Shown: one piece after another, positions 19,552 to 28,674 of the stretch
How positions within the stretch are numbered: the first letter of the stretch is position 1
How the letters are laid out: each line of letters begins with the position of its first letter
Virus record (IMG/VR): IMGVR_UViG_3300043409_001505
Location: 1,422 to 65,421 of that record
DNA length: 64,000 nt
Origin: a virus
Taxonomy: Duplodnaviria; Caudoviricetes
Direction: 5' to 3' (one strand)
Program-made: the position numbers and the translations under genes
The notes under the pieces: model-generated
Told to the model about the DNA's origin: nothing
What the model saw: only the letters and a program-made list of their open reading frames with translations
Database searches by the model: none

Positions 19552-19581
19552 ATTAATTATCAACTGACTAAATTCAATATT

Positions 19582-19665
19582 ATGAAAAATTCAATCGTAT
19601 TTTTAACAGTACTTATCACAATCATCATCGTAGTAATAAATATTACACCACCTCAATACAGATAA
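19582..19665 (+). CDS. 27-aa hydrophobic peptide
   Basis: MKNSIVFLTVLITIIIVVINITPPQYR, preceded by the repeat motif. Confidence 0.45.
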   Translation: MKNSIVFLTVLITIIIVVINITPPQYR

Positions 19666-19712
19666 TATCTGTATTAATTATTAACTGACTAAATAACTAA
19701 ATTATACAAATT

Positions 19713-19901
19713 ATGATTACTAAACTATTTAAATTTACTTGGAATACCAATTATGGTGAAAGAGTTGCAATAGTAGAGGCTTTTAATAAAGATGAAGCTA
19801 TTTCATTATTTCCATTTGGTATATTATGGGATGGATATGATTGTGAAGAAATTATATTAACTGGAATACCAAATATTATCTCTATTGAAGGTGGAGAATA
19901 A
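19713..19901 (+). CDS. Hypothetical protein
   Basis: 62 aa ORF with AAATT-ATG start. Confidence 0.6.
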   Translation: MITKLFKFTWNTNYGERVAIVEAFNKDEAISLFPFGILWDGYDCEEIILTGIPNIISIEGGE

Positions 19902-19933
19902 AACAAATTATTAACTGACTAAATAACAAAATT

Positions 19934-20194
19934 ATGAATCCTTTTACTAAACAATGGTTAACATCTACAGTAGCGCCTGAATCTATTGTTAATATTAAAC
20001 AATCTGACGATAATTATTTAGATTGTGTAAAAAATGAATCTAATACTATTAAAGTATTTATATTATCTAACAAAAATAAAATTATTGCAATTGGTAAAGA
20101 TTATCAATCATTATTAAATAGCTCAGAATACTCTTTTAAAGATGGGTTATGTAAAATTGCAGAATTATTAAAATTAAGACATTATAAAACGTAA
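19934..20194 (+). CDS. Hypothetical protein
   Basis: 86 aa ORF. Confidence 0.6.
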   Translation: MNPFTKQWLTSTVAPESIVNIKQSDDNYLDCVKNESNTIKVFILSNKNKIIAIGKDYQSLLNSSEYSFKDGLCKIAELLKLRHYKT

Positions 20195-20200
20195 AAAAAC

Positions 20201-20700
20201 TTTAGTCAGTCAATTACAGGTAATGCTGGGTTGACTGATTATATAAAACAAATAGGGTGATATCAATAAATCCAACGAAAGATGTGGAGCCCATCTCCAC
20301 CTACTCCACTATTAAATATAGTCATCAGCCCTTTGTGGCTCAACGTAAACGATGTCTGCTAGATAGGTTTGTGTAACTAGCATAATAATGTATCATTCTA
20401 ACTTCCCAAGGGTTAGCGGTTATAAGTTGAATTGGCTGAGTATAGGCGTATTGTAAAATAGATGCAAGTTATAACCGAATACAGAGGGTTTTAAAATAAA
20501 TTAATTGTCCACATTTAGTAGTTTTTAAAGGACATTAAAGATTAAATACTATTATAAATAACATTTAGTTCAAATGTCTAGAACCCTTAATATAGTAACA
20601 ATTATGAGCAGCACTTACAAAACCACGTTGAATTGTAAATGTATAAGTATAAAACTTATAATTGGGGAAATGTAGATTGACAACCTACAGTGTTATTTTT
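20201..20700 (+). ncRNA. Second block of candidate structured ncRNAs
   Basis: 12-bp hairpin 20203-20241; multibranch 20325-20439 (TCAGCC/GGCTGA, TCAAC/GTTGA, TGCTAG/CTAGCA, CTAAC/GTTAG); further hairpins; no ORF. Confidence 0.4.
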
Positions 20701-20708
20701 ATAATTAC

Positions 20709-20793
20709 AGTCAGGTGGCGTAATTGGATAAAGCAAGGTGATGCAGTAGACCCTGCCACCTCAGATACAGGTTCGAATCCTGTCCTGACTACA
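20709..20793 (+). tRNA. tRNA-like RNA with extended anticodon arm (no assignable anticodon)
   Basis: Acceptor AGTCAGG/CCTGACT, D loop AATTGG, T arm ACAGG-TTCGAAT-CCTGT; anticodon arm AGGTG-AT-GCAG-TAGACC-CTGC-CACCT. Confidence 0.7.
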
Positions 20794-20821
20794 ACAATTA
20801 TTATTAACTAAAACAAATATT

Positions 20822-21544
20822 ATGAAATACAAACTTATAAAAACTTATCCAGGTTTTAATGTATTAGGAACTATTATTGAAATAGATTCAGAAACAAGAT
20901 ATTATTCAGAAAATAATGAATTTTGGCAACCAGTTGTTGAAAAAGATTATGAAATATTAAGTGTAATTACAAATGATAATGAATTTATTGTAAAAGTTTA
21001 TAATCAAGATGCGACAATTGAACCGTATTGGAAAATTCATTCAGTTAAAAGATTATCAGATGGTGAAATATTTACTATTGGTGATAAAGTAACATCTACT
21101 TTTAGTAAAAACTTTGGAAACTTTAAAATAGAAAAAATTAAAATATCAGAAAATTCTATTAATATAGAAGGTGAAGGATATTTAACAACTTTTCAATATT
21201 TACAAAAAGTTAAACAACCATTATTCACAACTGAAGATGGTGTTAATATTTTTGAAGATGATAATATTTATTGGGTAAATATTAATACTTTTTCAAAAGT
21301 TAATTGTAATAAATACAATGATGATTTAGGTGAAATATCTATTAAATCCTTATTATCTAAAAAATATGAATGCAAAGCTGTTGGATTTTCAACAAAAGAA
21401 AAAGCTGAGGAATATATTTTAATGAATAAACCTTGTTTATCATTAAATGATGTTCAAAAAATAATAACCTCTAGACAATATACTGGTTTTACAAAAAAAC
21501 TTTTAGAAGAAATAACAACTTTAGTAAATTCAAAATTAAAATAA
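20822..21544 (+). CDS. Hypothetical protein
   Basis: 240 aa ORF. Confidence 0.75.
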   Translation: MKYKLIKTYPGFNVLGTIIEIDSETRYYSENNEFWQPVVEKDYEILSVITNDNEFIVKVYNQDATIEPYWKIHSVKRLSDGEIFTIGDKVTSTFSKNFGNFKIEKIKISENSINIEGEGYLTTFQYLQKVKQPLFTTEDGVNIFEDDNIYWVNINTFSKVNCNKYNDDLGEISIKSLLSKKYECKAVGFSTKEKAEEYILMNKPCLSLNDVQKIITSRQYTGFTKKLLEEITTLVNSKLK

Positions 21545-21547
21545 ACT

Positions 21548-21682
21548 ATGACTAAATTAAGTAGACCTTTGAATAAAGCAGAGTCAATACAAGACTATGA
21601 GCGTAGATTAAGAGAAGAAGCTATAAAAGCTGCAAAAGAGAATCAAAATAAAAAGGTCGATAAATACGACATAAAAAAATAA
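21548..21682 (+). CDS. Small basic hypothetical protein (44 aa)
   Basis: Hand translation MTKLSRPLNK... Confidence 0.45.
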   Translation: MTKLSRPLNKAESIQDYERRLREEAIKAAKENQNKKVDKYDIKK

Positions 21683-21699
21683 TCATTTAAATTAAAATT

Positions 21700-21948
21700 A
21701 TGAGAAAGTTAATATTATTATTGATATTAGTAACAACTATATCATTATGGGCACAATGTCCTCCACCAAAAATAAAAGTTCAAATATGTAAAGAATTAAA
21801 TTTAATTCTTAGTAAATGGGATGTGTTACCTGTTAAAGATAAAGTATTCGTTAAAAATCACGTATTGGTTAAATATGATAAACTAAACCCAGATTGTTTA
21901 GATGATAAACAATTGATTATGTTTTTAACTGAATTGCAAAAACAGTAA
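21700..21948 (+). CDS. Signal-peptide protein
   Basis: MRKLILLLILVTTISLWAQ Sec-type signal. Confidence 0.65.
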   Translation: MRKLILLLILVTTISLWAQCPPPKIKVQICKELNLILSKWDVLPVKDKVFVKNHVLVKYDKLNPDCLDDKQLIMFLTELQKQ

Positions 21949-21950
21949 TT

Positions 21951-22130
21951 ATGAAAACAATAATGTTAATAATTGTTTTAATATTTTCATTAATATTAAA
22001 CATATCCCTTGTAAAAGGGTATCAAAAACTAGAAACTCAATTAGAGTTTTACACTACCAACGAAAATGTTAATTTCATTTGGATAAATAAATATTCTAAA
22101 CTAAATTATCATAAAAACTCAATAAATTAA
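21951..22130 (+). CDS. Small membrane-anchored protein (59 aa)
   Basis: MKTIMLIIVLIFSLILNISL N-terminal TM. Confidence 0.45.
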   Translation: MKTIMLIIVLIFSLILNISLVKGYQKLETQLEFYTTNENVNFIWINKYSKLNYHKNSIN

Positions 22131-22154
22131 AAATTAATTAATTAAATAAACATT

Positions 22155-22526
22155 ATGAACACAATCACTTACACATTAGAGAATGGTACAAAAATCATAC
22201 AACCTATTGGTACACACGCACTTGTTAATGAAAAAGGTCGTATTAGAACTACAGCTCAAATGCATCAGTTATTTGCAGACACCACTTGGGATAAAAGAGC
22301 TGTCAAATATACTATTGATTCTGAAACAGATGAATCAATCGCAATCGAGAAAGAACTTCATTTCACTAAAAATGAAAGAAAAGTAGCTAAAAGAGATTAT
22401 AAAGAATTTCAAAAATCTAATCCTGTTGAATTTAGAAAATCATTAAATTCTTTGCAACGACATATGATTGATTCTACATCCAAGTATAGAATCAAAATGA
22501 ATATTGTTAACATTAGTTTAACATAA
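22155..22526 (+). CDS. Hypothetical protein
   Basis: 123 aa ORF. Confidence 0.7.
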   Translation: MNTITYTLENGTKIIQPIGTHALVNEKGRIRTTAQMHQLFADTTWDKRAVKYTIDSETDESIAIEKELHFTKNERKVAKRDYKEFQKSNPVEFRKSLNSLQRHMIDSTSKYRIKMNIVNISLT

Positions 22527-22533
22527 AACTTTA

Positions 22534-22760
22534 AATTAAATCACCTAATCCCTAAAATGGCTGGGAATGAGTTATTATAATCAAACAGTCTAATCCCGAT
22601 ACGTTTACTTGCAAACAATACGGTCACAACTTATTATATTATAAAAAACAAAATTTGCAGAAGTTAATTTTTATTAAATTATCATATGGACAGAACTTGG
22701 TTAAAACAAAAATGAGAAATAATAAAATATATTAACGCCTTTTGCTTAGGTGATTTAATT
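22534..22760 (+). ncRNA. Candidate ~227-nt structured ncRNA
   Basis: Perfect 15-bp inverted repeat AATTAAATCACCTAA/TTAGGTGATTTAATT spans the whole intergenic gap; inner stems. Confidence 0.45.
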
Positions 22761-22779
22761 AAACTAAAACTAAATAATT

Positions 22780-23064
22780 ATGAACTATTTAATTTATATA
22801 TTAATTACAATTTTAATTGCCTATATTACATATAGAATAATTAAAAGTAATAGTACAGAATACAAAACAACCACTTTAGAAATTCTTAGAGATACTAACA
22901 ACCCTTTAATTAAAAATAAAGTTGTAAGTAAAGAACTAAAAGGTTATGATGTTATAACAATTGATAAAAAAGAAAAATTTATATTTGGTAAGTTAAAAGA
23001 AACCAAAATTATTATTTATAAATCATATTATTATAAAGATAATGATATGGATGAATATTGTTAA
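22780..23064 (+). CDS. Membrane-anchored hypothetical protein
   Basis: N-terminal TM helix. Confidence 0.65.
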   Translation: MNYLIYILITILIAYITYRIIKSNSTEYKTTTLEILRDTNNPLIKNKVVSKELKGYDVITIDKKEKFIFGKLKETKIIIYKSYYYKDNDMDEYC

Positions 23065-23100
23065 AAACAAAACTAACAAATTAAACTAAAACTAAAAATT

Positions 23101-23367
23101 ATGACAACAACAGCATTAGGATATAATATTCCGAGCCCATTTAAAATGATACAAAGGATTAATAATGAACAACCAAAGATGTTACAGGTGCATCAAGATG
23201 AATTCGATAGAATAAATAAGTTAACCAACTTATCAAAACCGTACATAGATTATGTACGGATGTTATATATTAAATACATTTGTAATACACCTCCACTTAC
23301 TTCCACAATTAATCATACCAAACCTAAGCATATTGGTATGAAAATGTTGGAGAATTTAAATAATTAA
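23101..23367 (+). CDS. Hypothetical protein
   Basis: 88 aa ORF. Confidence 0.65.
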   Translation: MTTTALGYNIPSPFKMIQRINNEQPKMLQVHQDEFDRINKLTNLSKPYIDYVRMLYIKYICNTPPLTSTINHTKPKHIGMKMLENLNN

Positions 23368-23369
23368 TT

Positions 23370-23894
23370 ATGAAAAAAATAATGTTATTTATTGCAATTA
23401 TGTCAATGACTCTGACTTTTGCACAATCAAAACAAGTTGATAAAATATTAAACGACTCTAAAAATGGAGTATCAACAGTTTATAGCGATAGTAAACAAGT
23501 CGCCTCGATCGTATATAAGGATGTTAAATCATTATCACCTAAAGTTGAATCAGCTATTAAATTATTAGCGACTGAACTTAAAACAACTGCTAATGCTTTA
23601 TGGTATATATTAGTAAGACAGCAATTAGTATGGTCCATTGCTATTTTATTATGTTTAATTGGTACAATATTATCATGGATACATTTTTGGTATAGATTTA
23701 ATGTCGCTTGTGAAAATAATTGGGGAGTAAGAAATTGTGCTCATTATGAATTATCATGTATAATGTGTGCAGCAATATCTATTGTTGGTTCAGTATTAAC
23801 TATAATGCATTTTAATGATATGATAACAGGTTTTATAAATCCAGAATTTGGAGCATTAAAAACTATTGCTGATTTAGCAATTAAATTAAAGTAA
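23370..23894 (+). CDS. Membrane protein with signal peptide and two TM helices
   Basis: MKKIMLFIAIMSMTLTFAQ; hydrophobic helices; GFINPEFGA motif. Confidence 0.7.
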   Translation: MKKIMLFIAIMSMTLTFAQSKQVDKILNDSKNGVSTVYSDSKQVASIVYKDVKSLSPKVESAIKLLATELKTTANALWYILVRQQLVWSIAILLCLIGTILSWIHFWYRFNVACENNWGVRNCAHYELSCIMCAAISIVGSVLTIMHFNDMITGFINPEFGALKTIADLAIKLK

Positions 23895-23896
23895 TC

Positions 23897-24124
23897 ATGG
23901 AAACAAATTTAATAATCATATTTACAGTAATCATTACAATGGTAATGTGTTACTATATAAACAAAAGTGTGTTAATAAAAATTAATAAAGAAGAATACTC
24001 TTGGAATAATGTTAACACAAACTTAGTAATAAGTGTGTTGATTGTTCCATCATTAATTTATTGGGTTATTTATATGGTGACAATTTTACCACCATTACCT
24101 GAAAAACCTCCTAGATGGTTGTAA
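23897..24124 (+). CDS. Two-TM small membrane protein
   Basis: Two hydrophobic segments. Confidence 0.65.
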   Translation: METNLIIIFTVIITMVMCYYINKSVLIKINKEEYSWNNVNTNLVISVLIVPSLIYWVIYMVTILPPLPEKPPRWL

Positions 24125-24135
24125 AATAATAAAAA

Positions 24136-24198
24136 TGGACAGTATTCTGATAGGTGTCAGATTTGATGCACAGTGGTTCGAGTCCACAACTGTCCACA
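24136..24198 (+). tRNA. Minimal tRNA-like RNA lacking an anticodon arm
   Basis: Acceptor (T)GGACAGT/ACTGTCC(A), D-like arm TCTGA-TAGGTG-TCAGA, 10-nt linker, T arm GTGG-TTCGAGT-CCAC. Confidence 0.6.
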
Positions 24199-24238
24199 AA
24201 CTATGTTTTCATAATACATTGTTTAGTTAGTTAGTTTT

Positions 24239-24352
24239 AAATTGAGTGAAACAATCCGTAAAGGTTTGGTATTATATTAATAAGTTCGAGTCTTAGTCTG
24301 GAAACCGTAAACAGGTCGGTCCAGATATTATAATGTTAAAGTAGCTCAATTT
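24239..24352 (+). ncRNA. Second permuted T-loop-containing RNA
   Basis: AAATTGAG/CTCAATTT closing stem; T arm TAAG-TTCGAGT-CTTA directly followed by a closed GTCTGGA/TCCAGAT stem. Confidence 0.45.
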
Positions 24353-24590
24353 ATTTTAAATAATAAAATTATATTATGATTAATTAAAAATAATATTAAT
24401 ATTAATAATCAAACAATGAGTACACGTATTAAACTAAAAGACATGGTTCTAGAAAAAATCGAGTATACTTTAAAAAAAAACTTAATGAAGGTCGAAATCA
24501 TACTCGACCTAAATTCAATAAAAGTAACACCTCTGCGTCATTACACGAGACTTGGGTGCTTCAATTAAATAAACTATATAAAAAAAAAAT

Positions 24591-25844
24591 ATGGAAAAGG
24601 TAAACAAAGACGAAATTTATTATGTTGAACAGGGTAATTTTTGGATGATAGGATTGGTGATAAATCCTGATAATGAAGAAAGTGACTCTGAAAGTTGTAG
24701 AGGAGATGCTACTTTTATAAACAGTAATAAAAGATTTAACATTAACTCCTGCTGGTGTTATCATACACTAAATAGAACAAATAGATTAGCCAGCGAAGAG
24801 GAGCAACACTGGTTAAGAGAATGTATTCGATTAAATAAATACATTGAAAAAGATGAAGCGATGAAAACATTTATTCCTGAGTATGTTGAATGTATTAATA
24901 CCCAAGATAATTCTTGGAAATTTGGTAAAATTTATAAAGTAAACAAAGATAGAAGTTTTAATTTTGAATCTGGAAAATTATGTATATATGATAATTATTA
25001 TACAAACACTATATTTTTCAAACCATCAACAAAAGAAGTATATGATGCTCAATTTGTAGTTAAAGAACCTGAATTTGTGTTACCTGAGAAATGGTTCATT
25101 TTAAGAACTTATGAAAATTATAAAACTATTAATAAATGGTTTAGAGATAATGGATATGGTCACCCTAGTGCACATAATACTGTTATTGCAATATCTGAAA
25201 ATAAACGTAATTATGTTTCACCATATAATAATAATACAGTTGAAAATCATACAAAAATAACTTTTGAACAATTCAAAAAATATGTTTTAAAAGAAGAAAC
25301 TATTGAAAATCAATTTATTTCATTTGATGATTGTGTAAAAGCTAAAGAAACGATCAAACCATTACCACAATTTAAAGTAATTGAGACAATTGAAACTATT
25401 ACTAAAGTTGAGAATAATGAAGGTAGTCAATTTTTTATTGGTGATACAGTAACTCCTATTGAAGGTAATAATAAAGGTGTTAAATTTACAATTGAAAGTT
25501 TTAGATATAATAACATTAAAACTAGTGTATGTGCTATTACAAACAAACATAAAGGTAAAGGTATTAATATTAATAATATTGAACATTATATTGAACCTAA
25601 AGTTATTAAAGAAGAAGTTTTATTAGAAAAAGCTAAAATATTATACCCTATTGGGACTAAATTTAAATCTCCAAATTCTGGAAATATATTTACTGTTAAA
25701 GATCATAGTCAAGAAGAATATGAAAATTTTAAATATAAATATTTAAGAACCGTTCTTTTTAATACAAATGAAGCAAACGCCAATGGTCATTTTTATGCGG
25801 TTATTCATTCACATGATGGTAAATGGGCAGAAATTATAAAATAA
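24591..25844 (+). CDS. Modular hypothetical protein
   Basis: 417 aa ORF. Confidence 0.75.
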   Translation: MEKVNKDEIYYVEQGNFWMIGLVINPDNEESDSESCRGDATFINSNKRFNINSCWCYHTLNRTNRLASEEEQHWLRECIRLNKYIEKDEAMKTFIPEYVECINTQDNSWKFGKIYKVNKDRSFNFESGKLCIYDNYYTNTIFFKPSTKEVYDAQFVVKEPEFVLPEKWFILRTYENYKTINKWFRDNGYGHPSAHNTVIAISENKRNYVSPYNNNTVENHTKITFEQFKKYVLKEETIENQFISFDDCVKAKETIKPLPQFKVIETIETITKVENNEGSQFFIGDTVTPIEGNNKGVKFTIESFRYNNIKTSVCAITNKHKGKGININNIEHYIEPKVIKEEVLLEKAKILYPIGTKFKSPNSGNIFTVKDHSQEEYENFKYKYLRTVLFNTNEANANGHFYAVIHSHDGKWAEIIK

Positions 25845-25867
25845 TTAATAACAAATAAATAAAAATT

Positions 25868-26032
25868 ATGAAAAATCACAAAGTATTACCAACAATTAAA
25901 ACAGATTCAGGTAGAGAAATTAGAGTACAAGAAACAAAAGTAAATGGTGAAAGATGGTATCAATCTCCAGACGGAGGGGGTGTTTATGATACAAAAACAG
26001 AAATGAAATCTTGTCCTAAATTAAATAAATAA
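25868..26032 (+). CDS. Small hypothetical protein (54 aa)
   Basis: Hand translation MKNHKVLPTIKTDSGRE... Confidence 0.55.
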   Translation: MKNHKVLPTIKTDSGREIRVQETKVNGERWYQSPDGGGVYDTKTEMKSCPKLNK

Positions 26033-26038
26033 AAAATT

Positions 26039-26317
26039 ATGAAAACAGATTTAACAAAAGTATTTTTTAAATACGATGAAAATGGAACAATTACAGCAGT
26101 TGCTAAAAATGTTCAAACAAATGAAGAAGTTGTAACTAGAGAAGTTAAACTTCGTCACGGTGATGTACCAAACAAACTTGTTGGTAGAAAATATGCGTTT
26201 AAAAAGCTTATGGATTACAGTCTTGAAAATCATTATCTTCCTGGTAAAGAAGTTGAGAATTTATGGAAACTATTTGGTTCTACTTGTAAACAACCTAATC
26301 AAAAATTAACTTATTAA
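26039..26317 (+). CDS. Hypothetical protein
   Basis: 92 aa; HGDVPNKLVGRKYAF motif. Confidence 0.65.
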   Translation: MKTDLTKVFFKYDENGTITAVAKNVQTNEEVVTREVKLRHGDVPNKLVGRKYAFKKLMDYSLENHYLPGKEVENLWKLFGSTCKQPNQKLTY

Positions 26318-26583
26318 TGAAAAATAATATTCTAATATTCTTATTAGGTGTATTCGTAACAATCTCGATTGCTGCAACAGTTCCTAATACAGGTTTACTA
26401 ACAGTTAAACCCGCAATTCCTAAATCAGTTATTATAAAACCGATTAGAACAATGTCTGGAATTGAAATTATTATCACTAATTACGTGAAATCAATGGTAA
26501 GTCAAGGATATATTGTTAAATCCATATCAATTATTGACGATGAAAATTTTTCAAAAGGGGTAGTTGTAATGGAGAAATATTAA
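26317..26583 (+). CDS. Signal-peptide/membrane hypothetical protein
   Basis: Hydrophobic N-terminus. Confidence 0.6.
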   Translation: MKNNILIFLLGVFVTISIAATVPNTGLLTVKPAIPKSVIIKPIRTMSGIEIIITNYVKSMVSQGYIVKSISIIDDENFSKGVVVMEKY

Positions 26584-26718
26584 TTGATTAAATATTTGAA
26601 TCTTGTAAAGATTGTGCAAATTATTTTAATATTTTACCAAAAACATTTCATATGTATATTGGTAAAATTACAAATAGAAAAAGTAAACATTTCCCTTTAG
26701 GATATAAATTTGAATATT

Positions 26719-28674
26719 ATGCGTAAAGAGCTATTCGACATTGAGTGTTATAAAAACTATTTCTGTTGTGGTATTAAGCAATTAAACACAACAGAAAGAT
26801 GTTTTTATGAAATTTCAGAAGAAAGAAATGATTTAGATTTAATCTATCAATGGTTTAATAATTACGATGGTTTTTTAATAACTTTTAACGGTGTTAATTA
26901 TGATGAACCTTTAATTAAGTACTTCTTACAAAATTATAATAAGTATAAATATTTAGACTGGATTGACATATGTGTAGATTTAAAATGGTTTTCAGATAAA
27001 ATTATTGACGATAGTTTTGACGAAGATGTTAAAAAAATTAGATATGTTAAATCTAATTGGATTTCCGTAGATTTATATTTATATTGGAGTAAAGGTTTAA
27101 GAATTTCTAAACAGTTATCTTTAAAAGCATTGGCGATTCAATTAGGTTATGATGTAATACAAGAATTGCCTTATAAGCCTGATACAATTCTTAAAGTTGA
27201 AGATTTACCAAAATTAAGACATTATAATCAACAACATGATTTAGGTATTTTAGAGTTATTATGTAATAAAATGGATGAGGATATTAAACTTCGTGCTTAT
27301 ATCAAGTCTGAATATGGTTTAGAGTGTTGGAGTATGGATGCACCTAAAATTGCATCTGAATATTTATTAGAATATTATTGTCAAAATACTTATAATAGTA
27401 GTATTCGTGATTATAATTTCGAACCTTATTGGAAATATAAAAAAAGAATTAGAGAAAGTAGATACGAACCTACTCCTTGGAGAATTGGTGATTATTTACC
27501 ACAGGTTAAATTTAAAACTAAATTTTTTCAAGATATTTATACAGACATATCTAATTCTTATAATACTGATAACTTTTTAAAACAAATTCCATTTCATCAA
27601 AATAATCATTCTGTGATGCTATCTATAAGTCAGGGAGGTATTCATTCTGTTAATAATTTTCAAATTTATAAAGAATCTGAAGATTATTATATTATAGACG
27701 CTGATGTGGCTGGACTATATCCAACATTATTTAGAAAATATAAATTTCTTAGAAAAGAATTACATCTTTTATTAGATAAATACGTTCAAATGATTGACGA
27801 TAGAACTATTGCTAAAAGAGCGGGGGATAAAAAGAAAGACACTTTTCTTAAATTATGTAACAATGCTTTTTCAGGTTTAGTTGATTCTAGTGTAACTTGG
27901 TTATACAGTCCTGAACACATATTGGCTTTAAGGGTGTTTGGTCAAATGATTCAGTTAAGATTTATGGAAGAGTTGAACTTTCACGGAATTGAAATACTGT
28001 TTACTAACACTGACGGCACTTTAGTTAAATGTCCTAAAAATAAAATCAACGAGTATCATCAAGTTGCTATTAATATTGCAAAAGAATTTCAAATTGAATG
28101 GGAGTTTTGTTTATTAAATGGTATTTATTTTCAAAATACTAATTTTTATTTATCTAATATTTATGAAGAATATATGCTGGATGATAATTTAAATAAAGTT
28201 AATGTTAAATCTGGAGGTAAGATTAAAAGAAAAGGTAAATCATTTAGATATGACAAAGACATTCCTTTAGGAGACTCTACAGATGAATTAGTGATTGCTA
28301 AAGCTTTAGAACAGTATTTTATAAATAATATTTTACCCACAGAATTTATTACAAATCCAGATAAATATAATCTCCACATCTATGATTATTGTAAAAGCAA
28401 TAAAGTTTCTAAACAATATCGAGTTTTTCATAATGGAGAATTACAACAAAACCTCAATAGATATTATTTTAGTAAAAAAGGGGCTTATTTATATAAGAAA
28501 AAGAGCTCTAAAAATACTTTAGATAATATGAATGTTGGGGAAGGTGTGATAATATTTAATAATTATGAAAAAAAAGAATGGAAAGACTATCATATTAATT
28601 ATAGTTATTATATTAGAAAAACTCAAACAATAATAGATAAAATGTATAATTTAAACCAATTAAAATTATTTTAA
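26719..28674 (+). CDS. polB: DNA polymerase family B (crAss type) with 3'-5' exonuclease
   Basis: FDIECY and FNGVNYD exo motifs; DADVAGLYPT, KLCNNAFSG, NTDG polymerase motifs. Confidence 0.88.
   Translation: MRKELFDIECYKNYFCCGIKQLNTTERCFYEISEERNDLDLIYQWFNNYDGFLITFNGVNYDEPLIKYFLQNYNKYKYLDWIDICVDLKWFSDKIIDDSFDEDVKKIRYVKSNWISVDLYLYWSKGLRISKQLSLKALAIQLGYDVIQELPYKPDTILKVEDLPKLRHYNQQHDLGILELLCNKMDEDIKLRAYIKSEYGLECWSMDAPKIASEYLLEYYCQNTYNSSIRDYNFEPYWKYKKRIRESRYEPTPWRIGDYLPQVKFKTKFFQDIYTDISNSYNTDNFLKQIPFHQNNHSVMLSISQGGIHSVNNFQIYKESEDYYIIDADVAGLYPTLFRKYKFLRKELHLLLDKYVQMIDDRTIAKRAGDKKKDTFLKLCNNAFSGLVDSSVTWLYSPEHILALRVFGQMIQLRFMEELNFHGIEILFTNTDGTLVKCPKNKINEYHQVAINIAKEFQIEWEFCLLNGIYFQNTNFYLSNIYEEYMLDDNLNKVNVKSGGKIKRKGKSFRYDKDIPLGDSTDELVIAKALEQYFINNILPTEFITNPDKYNLHIYDYCKSNKVSKQYRVFHNGELQQNLNRYYFSKKGAYLYKKKSSKNTLDNMNVGEGVIIFNNYEKKEWKDYHINYSYYIRKTQTIIDKMYNLNQLKLF

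Larger units (their letters stand above)
19562..19924 (+). repeat. Three copies of AACTGACTAAAT upstream of consecutive small genes
   Basis: Copies at 19562, 19683 and 19913, each 8-18 nt before an ATG. Confidence 0.7.

Noticed and set aside
18537-24400. CRISPR array or solitary CRISPR repeat
   Set aside because: No regularly spaced 28-47-bp repeats; TTGTAACAG and AACTGACTAAAT are too short. A repeat-database search is needed to exclude solitary repeats.
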